NCBI GenBank assembly: GCA_973895155.1
Contig: OZ316896.1
Coordinates: forward strand, 11,420,730-11,484,729
Length of the DNA stretch: 64,000 bases
Direction: 5' to 3'
Origin: Marsupella aquatica
Taxonomy: Eukaryota; Plantae; Marchantiophyta
A model generated the notes under the pieces. The model searched no databases. It was not told the origin of the DNA and saw only the letters and a program-made list of their open reading frames with translations. A program made the position numbers and the translations under genes. Each line of letters begins with the position of its first letter. Within the stretch, counting starts at the first letter, position 1. Positions 1 to 12,503 of the stretch are shown piece after piece.

Positions 1-114
1 TGGAAGTTCATCCTTAATAAGGTTAGTTGATTAAAATAGATGACAGCTCAGGTATAAAGTAACATTGGCATGCAAGCAAGTATCGTGTAATTTATCTCAA
101 ACAATCTAAATTCT

Positions 115-2367
115 CTAATTGAATGCAATATATCTCAGGGCACTTAGAAAAACGTACACACAGTCAAATATTTTGTAGATCTTCTCTTTGCTATGCTTCA
201 CTTTCTTTTGAAGCTTGTTAAATACTCTCCCTAGAGTAAAGCAAGCTTGCAAGAACTGGTGAGAACTGCCTTGACGACTAATGGGAAACATGGCAGCCAC
301 TTGAACCATCTTCAATGCGTGGTTGATCTCAAACTGCACGCCATCAGCCGCTCCGAGTAGTGTTCCTGCTGTGGCCTTCAATTGCTTCTCAAGCTTGGCA
401 TTTGCCCAATATATTGCTGCAGCAGCTGCTCTGCAGACATTCCAGTGAAACTCTTCAATTTCAGATCATGTGTGTAGCTTTCAACAATCCCATCCCAGTT
501 TCACAAATGAATGACATCATGGGCACCACTTTGACACAGTTCAATTCACAACAGCAACTTGGATTTCAAGGGATTTCATGGGCCGTAATCCTGCTGTGTG
601 GCACCTTTAGCTCGCTAAGATTGAAATGAGCTAATTAAGAAGATGGGAAACAGAAATCCCAACACCAACTATCTAACATTTGTCTAACAAATCCTGGATC
701 CAATCTAGGATATCAAATTCTGAACCATAACAAACTAGTAAAATGCAAAGGAAAAGGAGAGATGTAGAGTTCTTACATGGCAACCAGACTGAAGCAGATT
801 ATGCAAATTAGCGGGTAGAATCGGAAAGACCCTTTGTGATAACCAAAGCGTTCTGAAGTTGGTGTTTGACCACATCCCCAACAGAACAGAATACCATATG
901 ATATTGAAGATATCAAGGAAAAAATGGCCAACACATACCCCCAAAATCCTGTGTAGCTTGCAGACTGCCTGCCCAAACAACCAAGAAGATAATTAATTTA
1001 AGAGATTAACTCCATAGCAAAACAAAGGGCTTGTGATGCAGGAGATCCATTGAGTGACATACAGTTGATATAGCTGGGGCACATTTTTCCAAACTTCAAG
1101 AAATACGACGATCATCAAGTGATTGAAAAAATTTGCTGAATGATTTGCTTTTAGCTATTGCTCTATTCCTGATGAGAACTGTAGTGTAATGTTGATTCTC
1201 AAATGAATTGTTCCTCGAAATGGCTTTAAACAAAGGTGCAATCACTCATCTAAAAGAGATTGTCCATGCACTCGTGTGGATGGAGATACCTCGCCAGATT
1301 TTACAATCTAGAAGTCGATGGTCATCCCAATCTGGCAAAGTCATTAGAAGTTGTTGGTCGAGGGCCTAGGTTTACACGAGGGAGAAGTAAAGTATTGTCA
1401 ACAGAAAAACACGGCTAGGAGAGAAGGTACTAGGGTTTGGGAAGGAGCGCACACTCCAATAATGTACGTTTGTCACATTGAAACCATCTTTGTAGACCTT
1501 GAAGGATCGCAAAGGATCCTTGCGAGGAATCACTCCAGTCAAATTGGATAGCAGCAAAGTCCTTAGCCGTGGTGGAGGGCCTGATGTTGGATGAAATGGG
1601 TCAAATGGCTCGTCAGGTTCATCTTGATCATCAAAATCCTCCTACTCCCAATTCAGTATCACAAATTTAGAGAGGCAGAGTTAGTACACATTCAATAGTT
1701 CAGAAGCATCACAACATGTACCAACATTTCAACATTTCAACATTTCAAGATATTCAATTTCAAAAACATTCAGGAGTCAAGAAACCAACCTGCAGTAACA
1801 CTCGCTTGCTCTTGCATGATTCGTGGAAGAAACAATTACTGATCGAGGATGTCGTGCCAAAGTTGTGGCCATCAATAGTCTCTTCATAGATCTCGTAGTT
1901 AGATATGAAATCAAGTGCTTGTGTATCGACGTGAATCAGCCCAGCAATGAGACCAAAGAGGCCATTCAATATGTCACAAGCAATGCCCTTGGAATCACAT
2001 ACAAGAGCGGTTGACTCATTCCACCCCTGGAGCGCATCAAGAATATTTACATTTTTTACTCTGGCATTACCATCAAACAAGACGATTTGTCCATTGGTAG
2101 TAGATCCAGCAGATCCCTCTGCCAAGAAAGGTTGAAGAAAAATCCCCAGGATGAACATGCACTTGCACCATAGAAGTACTTGCGTCCTTTGTGTTGAGGC
2201 CATATCTTTCTTGTTGAATTCTCACCATGAGTCTTGTTAAACAAACATAGATTTCTTTGATATCTTGGATTCACCAAATTGGCTGAAATCCCAACAATTG
2301 ATCCATTTTGAGTGCAAATACGCATAGAATCTCCACTGATTGTGTGGAGATTCAGTTCCACACTCAA
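115..2367 (-). pseudogene. Degraded coding-like sequence of unknown identity, possibly a decayed transposon gene
   Basis: Several overlapping minus-strand protein-like segments in shifting frames (IVLFDGNARVK, an acidic EDFDDQDEPDE tract, RWFQCDK..LEC, LFCWGCGQTP), broken by stops and frameshifts. No family recognised. Confidence 0.2.
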
Positions 2368-3604
2368 GATTGACCTCCTCCATTAGTACTTTCGGTTTTA
2401 CAAGATTCCCTTATAGAAATTGGAGTGATATGATTGCTTGATGCAGCATTTCCATATTTGAGCAATTGTTTCGAGTTCCTCCTCTTCTTAATGTGTGAAC
2501 CAAAGAATATTGTGAGAAGCGTTCACTACAACTCTTTCTCCACTTGGAATTTAATTAAGCCTGCAAAGGCAGTGATTTCAATTTCTAGTGATTTAGATGT
2601 TCAAACTCAATTGACACAGCACATATATATATATCCTATTGGTGGACTAACTTTTTGTATTTCAAAGATGAAGAGAGGGTTTTCTTTAGTGAGCCTGTAT
2701 AGGTGAGAATGCTGCACACTAGGATTAGAGTTAGATCTAATTTACATTGCAAAGATATATATATTACCCACTAATCTGATGTAAAGACTGAAGACACGGG
2801 CTTCCCATGACTGTTCAGAATATTTGGATTTCTTTGGAGGAGTTCAGTTAAAATTCTGGACCTTTTGTGAACTTAGGAGGGTGAAAGACTTTTGAGGGTG
2901 GAACTGACGAGGGTGTATGGACTTATGGTGGAATAGGCATTTGGGGTTTGGTTTCCCTTCCTTTCAGTCATGAGTACAAAACAATATAATGTGCCGGAGT
3001 GCCTACCCTTACTCTGTTTGAAACTTGGGGGCAGAAGCCCCATCCAAACCCTGCAAAGTGACGAAAACCACCCAAACCAAGGGATCACAAGAGTCACGCA
3101 AGGCACCAGGGGAGGAGGCCTTGGGCCCTCCAACTAACCCTTCAACAACTAATCAGGCCATGAAACCTGGAAAAGCCACACCAGAGTGTGGCTGGCCTGA
3201 TTATCCAAAGGAGACAGCATGGTGGTGCCCCATGGTGCCTGCCCTAAGTTGGCTACCAGCACTTTTGTGAGTTAAACTATGTTAGGGCCAAATTTGCAGT
3301 AACTCAATTCTCTTACTAGTAATTTGTGATTGAAAGTTACACACACCTTATGGTCTAGAGTGAAGCCTCTAGACTGTGACTCTGGGGTGCCGGCAAGTTT
3401 TGTGGTGAGGCAACAGGTGCGGAAGACAACCATGGGCCTGAGCAAAGCTCAGGCATTAAGGCTAGGGACATGTAATAGCACAAGCCCTCCAACATTTGCA
3501 AAATAGGCCATCATACGCATTGGTTTCAAAAGTGGGCCCAAATGAAATGATAGTAGTCGTGATTCTAGAAAAGATTCCTACTCTAACATTTGGTACACCT
3601 ACCT

Positions 3605-4715
3605 GTTATTTCTCTCTGTAAAATACAATTACAACTGCTCACACTCAGTACACCAGTAAGGGCTGTTTGCTAGGCCAGGATTCAAGTTATGTGTTAAATT
3701 ACAAAGTGAATATGAAATGATGATTTCTCTCTCTTTCAGTCTCTCTCCTTCTCTGCCTTACAATTACAATTAAGATGGCTCAATCTCAGTACACCAAGTA
3801 ACGAACTGTTTCAGGAGTCAGGTGAATGGAATTCAAAAATATCTTTCAAGGTAAACAAAGGAGTCATGTGAATGGAATTCAAAAAGATATTTCAAGGCAA
3901 AAAAAAGGAGTCATGTGCTATGTGCAATTTACAAAATGAATATGAGAGCTAATGATCATGTCTCTTTTCTTTCCCTCTCTCCCTTCTCTTCAATACAGTT
4001 GCTTAAATCTCACCGTCCTCTGCACTACAATTACAATGGCTCAATCGCAGTACAGCAAGTAACGACTGTGTCGTAGGTCAGAAGTCAAGTTATCTGCAAA
4101 ATTTACGAGATGAATATGAATGAATGAGGAATTCTCTCTCCTTTTCTCTGTCCCCGTCTCTGCATTACAATGTCTCAATCTCACCCTTCTGTGCACTCGG
4201 GTGAGATGCATTGTCTCAATCTCACCCTTCTGTGCACTCGGGTGAGATGCAGACATTACAATTGCTTCTCTGCGTTGCAAGTACAGTGGCTCCATCTCAT
4301 TGCACCAGGTTACGACTATTCACGAGTCAGGAGTGATGATGATTTCCCTCTCTTTCTTTCGCCTCAATCTCACCCTTCGCCGCATTACAATTACAATGGC
4401 TCAATCTTAGTACATCAAGTAACTACTGTATCGTCAGAAGTCAAGCTATGTGCAAAATGTACAAGATGAATGACTGGATGATGATTTCTCTTTCTTCTTC
4501 TCTCCCCTCACCCTCCTCTGCACTACGATCACACTGGCTTCATGATGATTTCTCTCTGTGTGTCTTTCTCTGTCCCATTCTCTGGATTACAATGGCTTAA
4601 TCTCACCCTTCTCTGCACTAGAATTACAGTGGCTCAATCTCAGTACAAGTAACGACTGTTTTCTAGGCCAGGAGTCAAGTTCTGTGCAAAATTTACAAAA
4701 GGAATATGAACGATG
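3605..4715. repeat. Degenerate tandem array (about 6 units of 110-260 bp) directly 3' of MLO
   Basis: The motif ttacaatggctcaatctcagtaca(c)cagtaacgactg..aggagtcaagttatgtgcaaa.tttacaa recurs at about 3644, 3781, 4041, 4291, 4401 and 4633. It includes an exact 40-bp duplication at 4171-4251. Confidence 0.85.
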
Positions 4716-4723
4716 ACGATTGA

Positions 4724-6511
4724 CTAAAAGTGAGGAGCTGAAGTTCGAATCGTCTCGTCCGGCTGCAGCTGGACGCTTACGCTGCCACCTCCCAATGCAT
4801 TTGAGGACAATTGTTTATAGAATTTGTTGGAGATTGCCTGGGTGGGTGCCCTTATTTCACTGTTAGCCCGGGTGAAGCAAGGCATCTGGGGCGGAAACGC
4901 AGGGATTAAGAAAGGTTGGCAATCATTGTCGTTGCCTATCGAAATCTCTACAGTGGACTGGCGATCCTGTGGGTCCGACTTAGACTGCTCCACAAGCTCC
5001 AATCCATGACCTCCACTGATCAGCTGTAATCGAGGGTCTGAAGGGTCATTCCCGCTTGCAAGTATCGTTTCAAGTCCAAGCTCATCAGGCGAGTTGGAGT
5101 GGATGCTTGATTTGTTATGATGACTTGCAGTGGATCCGCCCTGTGTACCATTCCTTACCGTCCTCTTTGCACCCAATGTCCAATGACGAAGTTTGTCCCT
5201 GACGTGGTCTTGGAAGATAGCTTGCTTGTAGTCAGACCCCATGTGGCTCACAAGGGCATAGAGTGGGAGAGTGCTGTAGCTACACGTGATTTGTACAATC
5301 ACTCCGATTGCAATGCGAGTATAGACGTAGAGTTTGTTCCTCAGAAGGCATGAATTCAAACCGAACAGCCACGCGAATGAGAGGAACGTTGCCATCTCGA
5401 ATGCATTCTGAAACAAAATGTAGTGGACCACGGTGAGTATCAAGTCAGGCTTTTTGAACCAAAACAGTTCATCTCGGGGTCTGAATGTCGTTCCAGTGCG
5501 GGCATGAATCCCATTGCATCCTGCGCTCTCCAATGCCAGAGTTGCAATCACGCTCTGCAGCTTCGCTCCCACCAACAGAAGTAACACCGGAGGAACTATG
5601 GAAAGCCAGAAGAAGAGGTTCGTTCCCACCGCGTTGAAGAGCATGTAGAGGATGACAAAGAACCAGAGAGGGACGCTGATTCCTACCACCTTCTGGTACT
5701 CATCTTCAAGGGATCGGACAACATAGCTGTGAAAGTCGAAACTGCGACCCGTGTTGTGGTTTCTGATGAACCCTAGACGAAGAGCGAGATAGTCCGAACG
5801 GACCACCGACTTGCCGAATTGTCGGAAGAAGCAAACCATCCAACCAAAGAACCGGTTCCTGCTCCAAGGTTGGGACGTATGGTATTTGATGAACGTTGTT
5901 TGTCGATTCAACGACAGTGACTGGACCACCTCACCTAGATCATCGCCTTTACCCTGGTGTAACTTCTCTTCCCAGACTTTCCACCTATTCACCTTGGTGG
6001 AGGCTAGCAGCATTACAAATAAGCTGTAGATGACATGAACCACTGCCAAGGCGAAGATGACTGTATGCAGCTGATGAAGAGTCTCACTTGATACTATAGG
6101 GGAATGTCCAGACTCGCAAGCTTCCCTCGGATCACTTTGACTCCGGATCCGCCATTGGAAAACTTCGGTTCTTCCCTCTGTACGAGATGTTGGCGCATGA
6201 GGTCCTTTGTTCTCGTAGTGGCAGGGAGTCCAATCCTTCAGAACATTAGATTTGACGCATAAACTCAAGACGTGGTTTTTAAACATAGTCAGAAGTAGAG
6301 AGATGAATCCCATGAGCATTACTTCTTCTTTGATTCTGTGAAGAGCACGTACGAGAGGTTTACGGTGAGCATGTTCTAGATGACGCTCGATTTTCTCAAC
6401 TGCAGTCACGACTAGCAGTGAAATGGTGATGAAAATCGTGCACACAGTGGCCACAGCCCATGTTGGTGTATCCTCTAAACTCCAAACTTCTACATTGTCT
6501 TGAGCCTCCAT
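4724..6511 (-). CDS. MLO: MLO-family seven-transmembrane protein, single exon, 595 aa
   Basis: Uninterrupted ORF with MLO hallmarks: SLEDTPTWAVA, IKEEVMLMGFISLLL, FFRQF, FDFHSY, FWFKKP, FQNAFE, SYSTLPLYALVSHMGS, and the W-containing calmodulin-binding region (LRHWTLGAKR). First ATG is at 6511; the ORF track starts at an upstream TTG. Confidence 0.96.
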   Translation of the reverse strand: MEAQDNVEVWSLEDTPTWAVATVCTIFITISLLVVTAVEKIERHLEHAHRKPLVRALHRIKEEVMLMGFISLLLTMFKNHVLSLCVKSNVLKDWTPCHYENKGPHAPTSRTEGRTEVFQWRIRSQSDPREACESGHSPIVSSETLHQLHTVIFALAVVHVIYSLFVMLLASTKVNRWKVWEEKLHQGKGDDLGEVVQSLSLNRQTTFIKYHTSQPWSRNRFFGWMVCFFRQFGKSVVRSDYLALRLGFIRNHNTGRSFDFHSYVVRSLEDEYQKVVGISVPLWFFVILYMLFNAVGTNLFFWLSIVPPVLLLLVGAKLQSVIATLALESAGCNGIHARTGTTFRPRDELFWFKKPDLILTVVHYILFQNAFEMATFLSFAWLFGLNSCLLRNKLYVYTRIAIGVIVQITCSYSTLPLYALVSHMGSDYKQAIFQDHVRDKLRHWTLGAKRTVRNGTQGGSTASHHNKSSIHSNSPDELGLETILASGNDPSDPRLQLISGGHGLELVEQSKSDPQDRQSTVEISIGNDNDCQPFLIPAFPPQMPCFTRANSEIRAPTQAISNKFYKQLSSNALGGGSVSVQLQPDETIRTSAPHF

Positions 6512-9500
6512 CGACCTTTTCCTCCTGTCAACCGACTCTGTCAATTACTCAAACCAGTGCAGACTAGTCCAACCGAAGTCCCAGCTACCACTCGAGCTAT
6601 TACAGGTATTTTTCGAATACTTATGCAAACACCAAGTAAGCTCAACCGCAGCAATCAACTACACATTCATGAAAAGACCGTGTTCTATCCTCCACAAACG
6701 ATCTTCGTACCATTTGCTTTAGTTCCATAGATGATGTTCATCGACACGATGATAGTGCAATTTCCTGTTCTCGTTATGAACTATAAAACCTCGCTGACTG
6801 GAGACTTGTTACCCTTTGTTTTGCTGGTAGACTTCGACCTTGGAGATAAAACACATTCCCTGACAAATATGTGTACTTTCTTCTCTCCTCTATGGCTCCA
6901 CTACAAAAGTGGAACTAGTGTGGCACAATTCCAAACCAAAGAAATGTGTCTGTTCAGTTCGTCTGGCACCTTGGAGCTCCTCTCTCACTCTTCCTCCATC
7001 CTTCATGCTTTAAAACCTCACCTCATGAATCAGTAATGAAATCCACTCGTAAGAACCTCCCTGTCCTCTCATACCTTGCCAGCTACGCATTCATTTATTG
7101 ATTCGGTACTACTACAATCAATTGCCGTGAAGTTCGAGCGTTTGCAGAATGACCTACAACACGTCTTCTTTCGGAGTGAATTGAATTGATCATCAAATCT
7201 CCACTATTGTGGGAAGCAATTTATACCGTACTATCGATCTCGAGTTGAACCCATTACAGGTCTAGCTCATAGGTGCAGTATGAACCGCGTCTGGACCATG
7301 GTACGATATGAAGGCAACTTACCAGCCACTTGGCAGTTTCCATAATTGACTTCACAAAGCCAACCGACTCCCGCAGCCACTTGGATTTGTCTATAACTGA
7401 TTGGGTGTAGTGAATTCTTGTCTTTTTACTTACTTTGGAAGATGTTCTCGAGTTGAGTGAAGGTTCTTCCATTCAAGTATTCTCAGGGTTTTTTACACCT
7501 GGAAAGATGTTCTTGAGCCATGGACGGCTGGTTGAAAGGGGCCGTCCTCTGTTATCTTCGCCGTAATCTTTCGCCCTACTTGCCCGTGGTTTCTCTCGGA
7601 CAGATTTTGTTAGCATAGTTTTGCTTTCCTACAATGATTATTTGGTTCTCCTTTCCTCTTCAAATCTCTCTCCACCTCCAAACCAGCTCCAAAGCAGGTC
7701 ACTTTTCCAGTTATGTGATTGTCACCGAAGAGATGACGATCATTTGTCTTGCGCTTCTCTTTTAAAGATGTAAATGTTCTTTACATCTGTTCCCCAGATT
7801 TTTGTGCCTGTCTTAGTTGTGGATGGGTGGTTGTGTGAGAATCGCAATCGACATCAGTATTCTGAGGCCCTTAATAACGGTAAGCTCTGAATATTTTTTG
7901 ATATTTTATCGTCCTGTTGGGGTCACTGAACCCCAGGAGAAGGTGTTCTTGAACATTCAACACTGATCTTGCCCAAGCCTGCTATGTTTGATGTCAGGCC
8001 TAATGGTACGTCAGTTGCAACGAGAATCGCAACAACGGTTTCCTAGAACTAATTGATTCGGATTCATTTGGTGGAATTCGGCTTTGATTGCTGCAATGGA
8101 ATGTAATCTAGCCCTGTTCTTTACCGTTTGGCATGCAGTGGCAATTTAAAGAGATCGAAAAGTTTGTGGGTGTCAAAGTTCCTCACCACGATCTAATTTC
8201 AAGTAGTACGAGGTATTCATTATCAGGTAGCGATCAGCCTACGAACATCGTAATCATTATGGAACTTGGATAGGTATACGAAGTCAAACGAATGACAAAC
8301 CCGTTTCAATCAATGAGACCTTGAGGATACTAACTGAAGTGCTGATACCAAGAGGCGAGCATTGTATTCGAGATCCGAGCTCTGAAAGGTATACGATCTC
8401 TTTAGCCAATGCCTTTCCTGGGCCAATTGGAGCTGTTGAAGCTTCTCCATACGGAGCGTAGCTGTTGAGGACTTATCCTTCTTGACTTCATTGACCCCGG
8501 TCCATGACGATGTGAGTAACTGGCGGTGAAAACCAAAGCTATCGCTGCTGCTTCTTTATTGGTGCTCTTGTCCTTTCTGTATCCAAGAAAATATGTTGGC
8601 TAGAGGCTCGTGGATAGAAGTCATCCAAGGAAAGCACAAGGTGCTCGTCCGCAAAGGGTTCGGGGTTCAGGGTGTAATTATAAGTGGTTCCCGTCGGAAG
8701 GAGTGTCGAGCAAAACCGGGGTCCTATGTCAATCGAGGAACAGCTGAATACTCTTATGCATACGTGAGGGGGTTCAGAGTTCAGACAGTACTGTCGATGA
8801 CTGGTTTCTCCCATGGAAATAGTTTCTGATTAGAAGGTAACCTACGCATGTCGGATGTGACCTCGCTGTCAAGCTCCGTTCCAAACAGGCTACTCGGCAT
8901 CGTTGAAAGCCGGGACAGGGCATCTCCTACTGTCAAGCAGCACTTTGTTGGGAGAGACAGCAACAGAAAAGCATGAACATGTAACCACCATGCAGGGAAA
9001 GTGCGAAGCCATGTTGGAGCTCTTCTGCTGGGCTACTTAGTGCACTACCCTGCTGCAGATGTGTCTCGCAACAGGTGTTTTTATCTTTTCAATTTCGCTG
9101 CTCCGGGGTTGGGACTTCTCTCGACACAGACCCACCCTCGAAAAACCGAACTTCCATCAGCTACTCTTTTTGAAATCAAACGATAAACATGGACCGGATT
9201 ATTGCTCTTCAGATTTCTGCACTAAATCTAAAGATTTCATAAATATCAGTCGCGCTCTAAAATTGAGATCCGCTGATCGTTTCAACGGACTCTTCATATT
9301 CGGGGTTGAAATATGCGGTCAATGCGCCCAAAGTCTACGGATATTCCTTTGCTAACAACCTCCCTCATTTCTGGAAGAGAATGATGCATCGCACAATCAA
9401 TGGCAAAATGTGTGTCGGAGAAGTGGTCGTGCAGGAACTTCATCCCTGTTTTAGACATGAACAGAAATGTCTTGATCACTGTGGGCGACGTAACATCACT

Positions 9501-11392
9501 GTAGTCCGTTGGGCCCACAAACTGTTTGGGATGCTAGCTGACCTTGGGGTGCCACGCGCAGCGCATGTTTGCTAGAGAACCGCAGCAGCCCATGGTGTAA
9601 ACCTGAAATTGAATCCCACCAGGACGATAGCACATCACGGAATTAGCCAAATACGAGGCGGCAGTTGGGAACACGCAAGCGAAGCTAATTGCAGGGTAAT
9701 CCCGCCTTTAGCTAGCACGATGGAAAACCTTCCGAGCATTCTATCTAATGAGTATTGATTTGGTGAAGCCCTTTCCTCAAAGCAGAATATGGATATTTCC
9801 CCAAAGCATTTGAAATTGTTCTTTGATCCATCCATTTCGGCCCGCATACATACTGTTAATTATGCTGACTGATCGAGCTCAACGTGTCACATATTTGCTA
9901 CAAAGCCGTGGTCGATGTTGTGTGACCTTAGATGAGATCCAAAGTGAACTGTAGCAATGGACTGTGTTAGGAAAAGAGGCGGCAGTAAGTTGCATGCACC
10001 ATGCAATGAAGAGACTTTGCCGCTTTGTATGGTGCACGATGGAAAGCATTCCGTCTAACTGTTGGAAATCCTAATTTGCTGCAGCCATTCGGCTCGGAGG
10101 AGACTCTCAATAGGGATTACGCATGGGAATAGTTCTCTTCATGTTCCAATCAAACTAGGAGCTGTCAAGATTAGCGGTTCTTTTGACAAACAGTCAAGAT
10201 TACGAGCCTGAGATATTCTCTAACCTGTGCAGGCTGACGTTACTCCAAGGAGGTACGAGATTCAGTGGCTCTTGCCATTCTACCGTCTCTACCGGAAATC
10301 ACAATGTAATTACCAGTTCTCGTAACGGTGACATTGGATGATCTCGGTCACCACCTCTGTTTCCTTTGTACGAGGATACGAGATACAACCCGTGTCTAAC
10401 ATGTCAGACAGCTGGTGCTCATCTCATTCCTTTGGAGGAAGACTTCAAACAAAAGTGGGATTGGGCATCGCTTCCTATCAAATCGACACATTGATGCAGT
10501 CAGGACCGAAATTGAGAAGCTGGTGACAGGAATTAAAACCATGTCACTCCGATCCCAAATGAACATAATGATATCAATTGAAATCAAGAGACCGAATAAA
10601 CTACAGCACACGATCGACCCATACTTCGTGGGAGCAAGGGGCTCAAAATCTGGCGCACTTGTTAGTTCGGGGCACACTCCATTTAGATTTCTTGTTGCTG
10701 CATGAGTTGACATTTTCGCCTACGGTTTCCTTTCCTTTCGTGTCCATGTCCTTGTTTCTCAGCATCAATTCTTCTAGTTTCGCATCGTTCATTATTCGTC
10801 TTGGCTCAAGTCCAAAATACTGCCTCCCACTCGATCCACAGGACGAGAACTCTTGCCAGTGGATGCATATTGCAAGCAGAACATTGGAGGCTACGGGAAT
10901 CTAAAGACAAAGAGAAGGTCAGGTCAAGGCCAATTGGTGATGAATCCAGCTAGATCGATCGAGCAGCTTCTACAGCTTCTCCCCGATGATCACTGGCCAT
11001 CAAGTAAATTCGCTTATTCCTCGCATTTTAGAAGCTATATGGTGAATCCAACTCTCATGTTTTGTCTTATTCATATTTGTGTATCATGAATTTTTATTTG
11101 AATGTACCTTAACAAGGGGCATCCTTTGTATCACATAGACTTTTAATTCATTTTTGGACCCCTTTAAATTTGTGGTATTCTATAGTGTTTTGAATTTATT
11201 TTGGCAGCCCCCTTAATTTGTATAATTTGTAAAGTCCTAGAGAGAAACTAAGGGCTTCATTTTCTAGGGCTTTTAAGTATACTCATGAGTGAGAGGAATG
11301 ATTCTAAGAAATGTCAGCACATCCTCTCTTAAGCTCCCCTTGTGGCTTTCTTTCCTAAGTTTATGGTTTTTATTGAGATACACATTGAAATA

Positions 11393-11585
11393 TGTGCACA
11401 ACTCGTAGGATCTTTGTGTAATAAAATTGTACTTTCCATTGGTCACTATGTACTTTTATTGCATGTGCTTTATTTATATTATTTGATTTCATTGTGCACA
11501 ACTCGTAGCAATTTTGTTTATACTTTCCATTTGGTCACTATGTGCTTTTATTGAGTGTACTTTATTTATATTATTTGATTTCATT
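11393..11585. repeat. Tandem duplication of about 95-100 bp
   Basis: tgtgcacaactcgtag..actttccatt(t)ggtcactatgt..ttttattg..ctttatttatattatttgatttcatt occurs twice in tandem. Confidence 0.8.
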
Positions 11586-11724
11586 CACATTTAATATGTA
11601 TTCTAGTCTTACTCTTTAATTTTGTCCACTTAATATCACTACAAGACAAAAAGTAAAGCATGTTCCAGGATGAGCATGCTATATGCACGACTGTCACTTG
11701 GATCCTCCCATTTTAGAATTAGTA

Positions 11725-11972
11725 CAGTAAAGTCCTGTTTAGAGGGCATTACGGGATATAATGCCCCCCAAAACAAGAGGTTAAGCTAGAGTATCGAAGG
11801 GCTATTATTGCCCATAATGCTCCTGAAACAGGACTGTCACTGGGATCCTCCCAATTTAGAATTAGTAAAGTCATGTTTAGAGGGTATTATGGGATGTAAT
11901 GCCGCAGAGTTTCAGCTAGAGTTATGAAGGGCTATTATTGCCCATAATGCTCAGGAAACACAGACTTTACTA
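11725..11972. mobile_element. Two tandem MITE-like foldback units with CAGT termini (Tc1/mariner-pogo-like)
   Basis: Unit 1 (11725-11842) starts TA|CAGTAAAGTCCTGTTTAGAGGGCATTACGGG, inverted against CCCATAATGCTCCTGAAACAGGACTGTCACTG. Unit 2 (about 11864-11972) is a diverged copy ending GACTTTACTA. Confidence 0.6.
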
Positions 11973-12392
11973 CATTTCAATGCCTGAAGATTTTTATTAT
12001 TCTCATTTTTAGTAAATGGAGAGGGGAATCTTCCTAAAGAGATGATCCAGATATTGACAGGGAATTATGCTCCTAGAGTGTCCTGAAAAATACAAACGGT
12101 AAAATTGCAAAGGGCATTAAACTCTACTAACAACATAAGTCAGGATCCTTGTGAAACATCCAAAGAACTTTGTCACTTAAATCTTAAACCGCCACTAGCC
12201 ATATAAATACAGCTAGCGCCAAGTAACGGTCAGCTCATTTTCGACAGAGGTGCCCAGCAAAGGCTCAGCTCCAACCTCCCAGCCAGAGCCCGTAGCCCCC
12301 AGCCAGGCTCCGCAATACAAGCTGGGTCAGTGGTCCGCCACAAAGCACGTTGGGTTTAGCCATCAGTGAGTTTGTTCGCGTGACCTATTGCT

Positions 12393-12503
12393 TAGCCATG
12401 GTTCGTTAGTGTGGTGGGCTGCTGCCATAGCCATGGAGGTTCAAACGTTCGTTAGTGTGCTGGGCTGCTGCCATAGCCATGGAGGTTCGTGAGTGTGCTG
12501 GGC
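12393..12503. repeat. Short tandem repeat, about 3 copies
   Basis: tagccatgg(ag)gttcgttagtgtg(c/g)tgggctgctgcca is repeated. Confidence 0.75.

Noticed and set aside
7100-11000. Many short ORFs upstream of MLO, considered as a viral or LINE relic
   Set aside because: No RT, RdRp, endonuclease or other recognisable motif in the frames examined.
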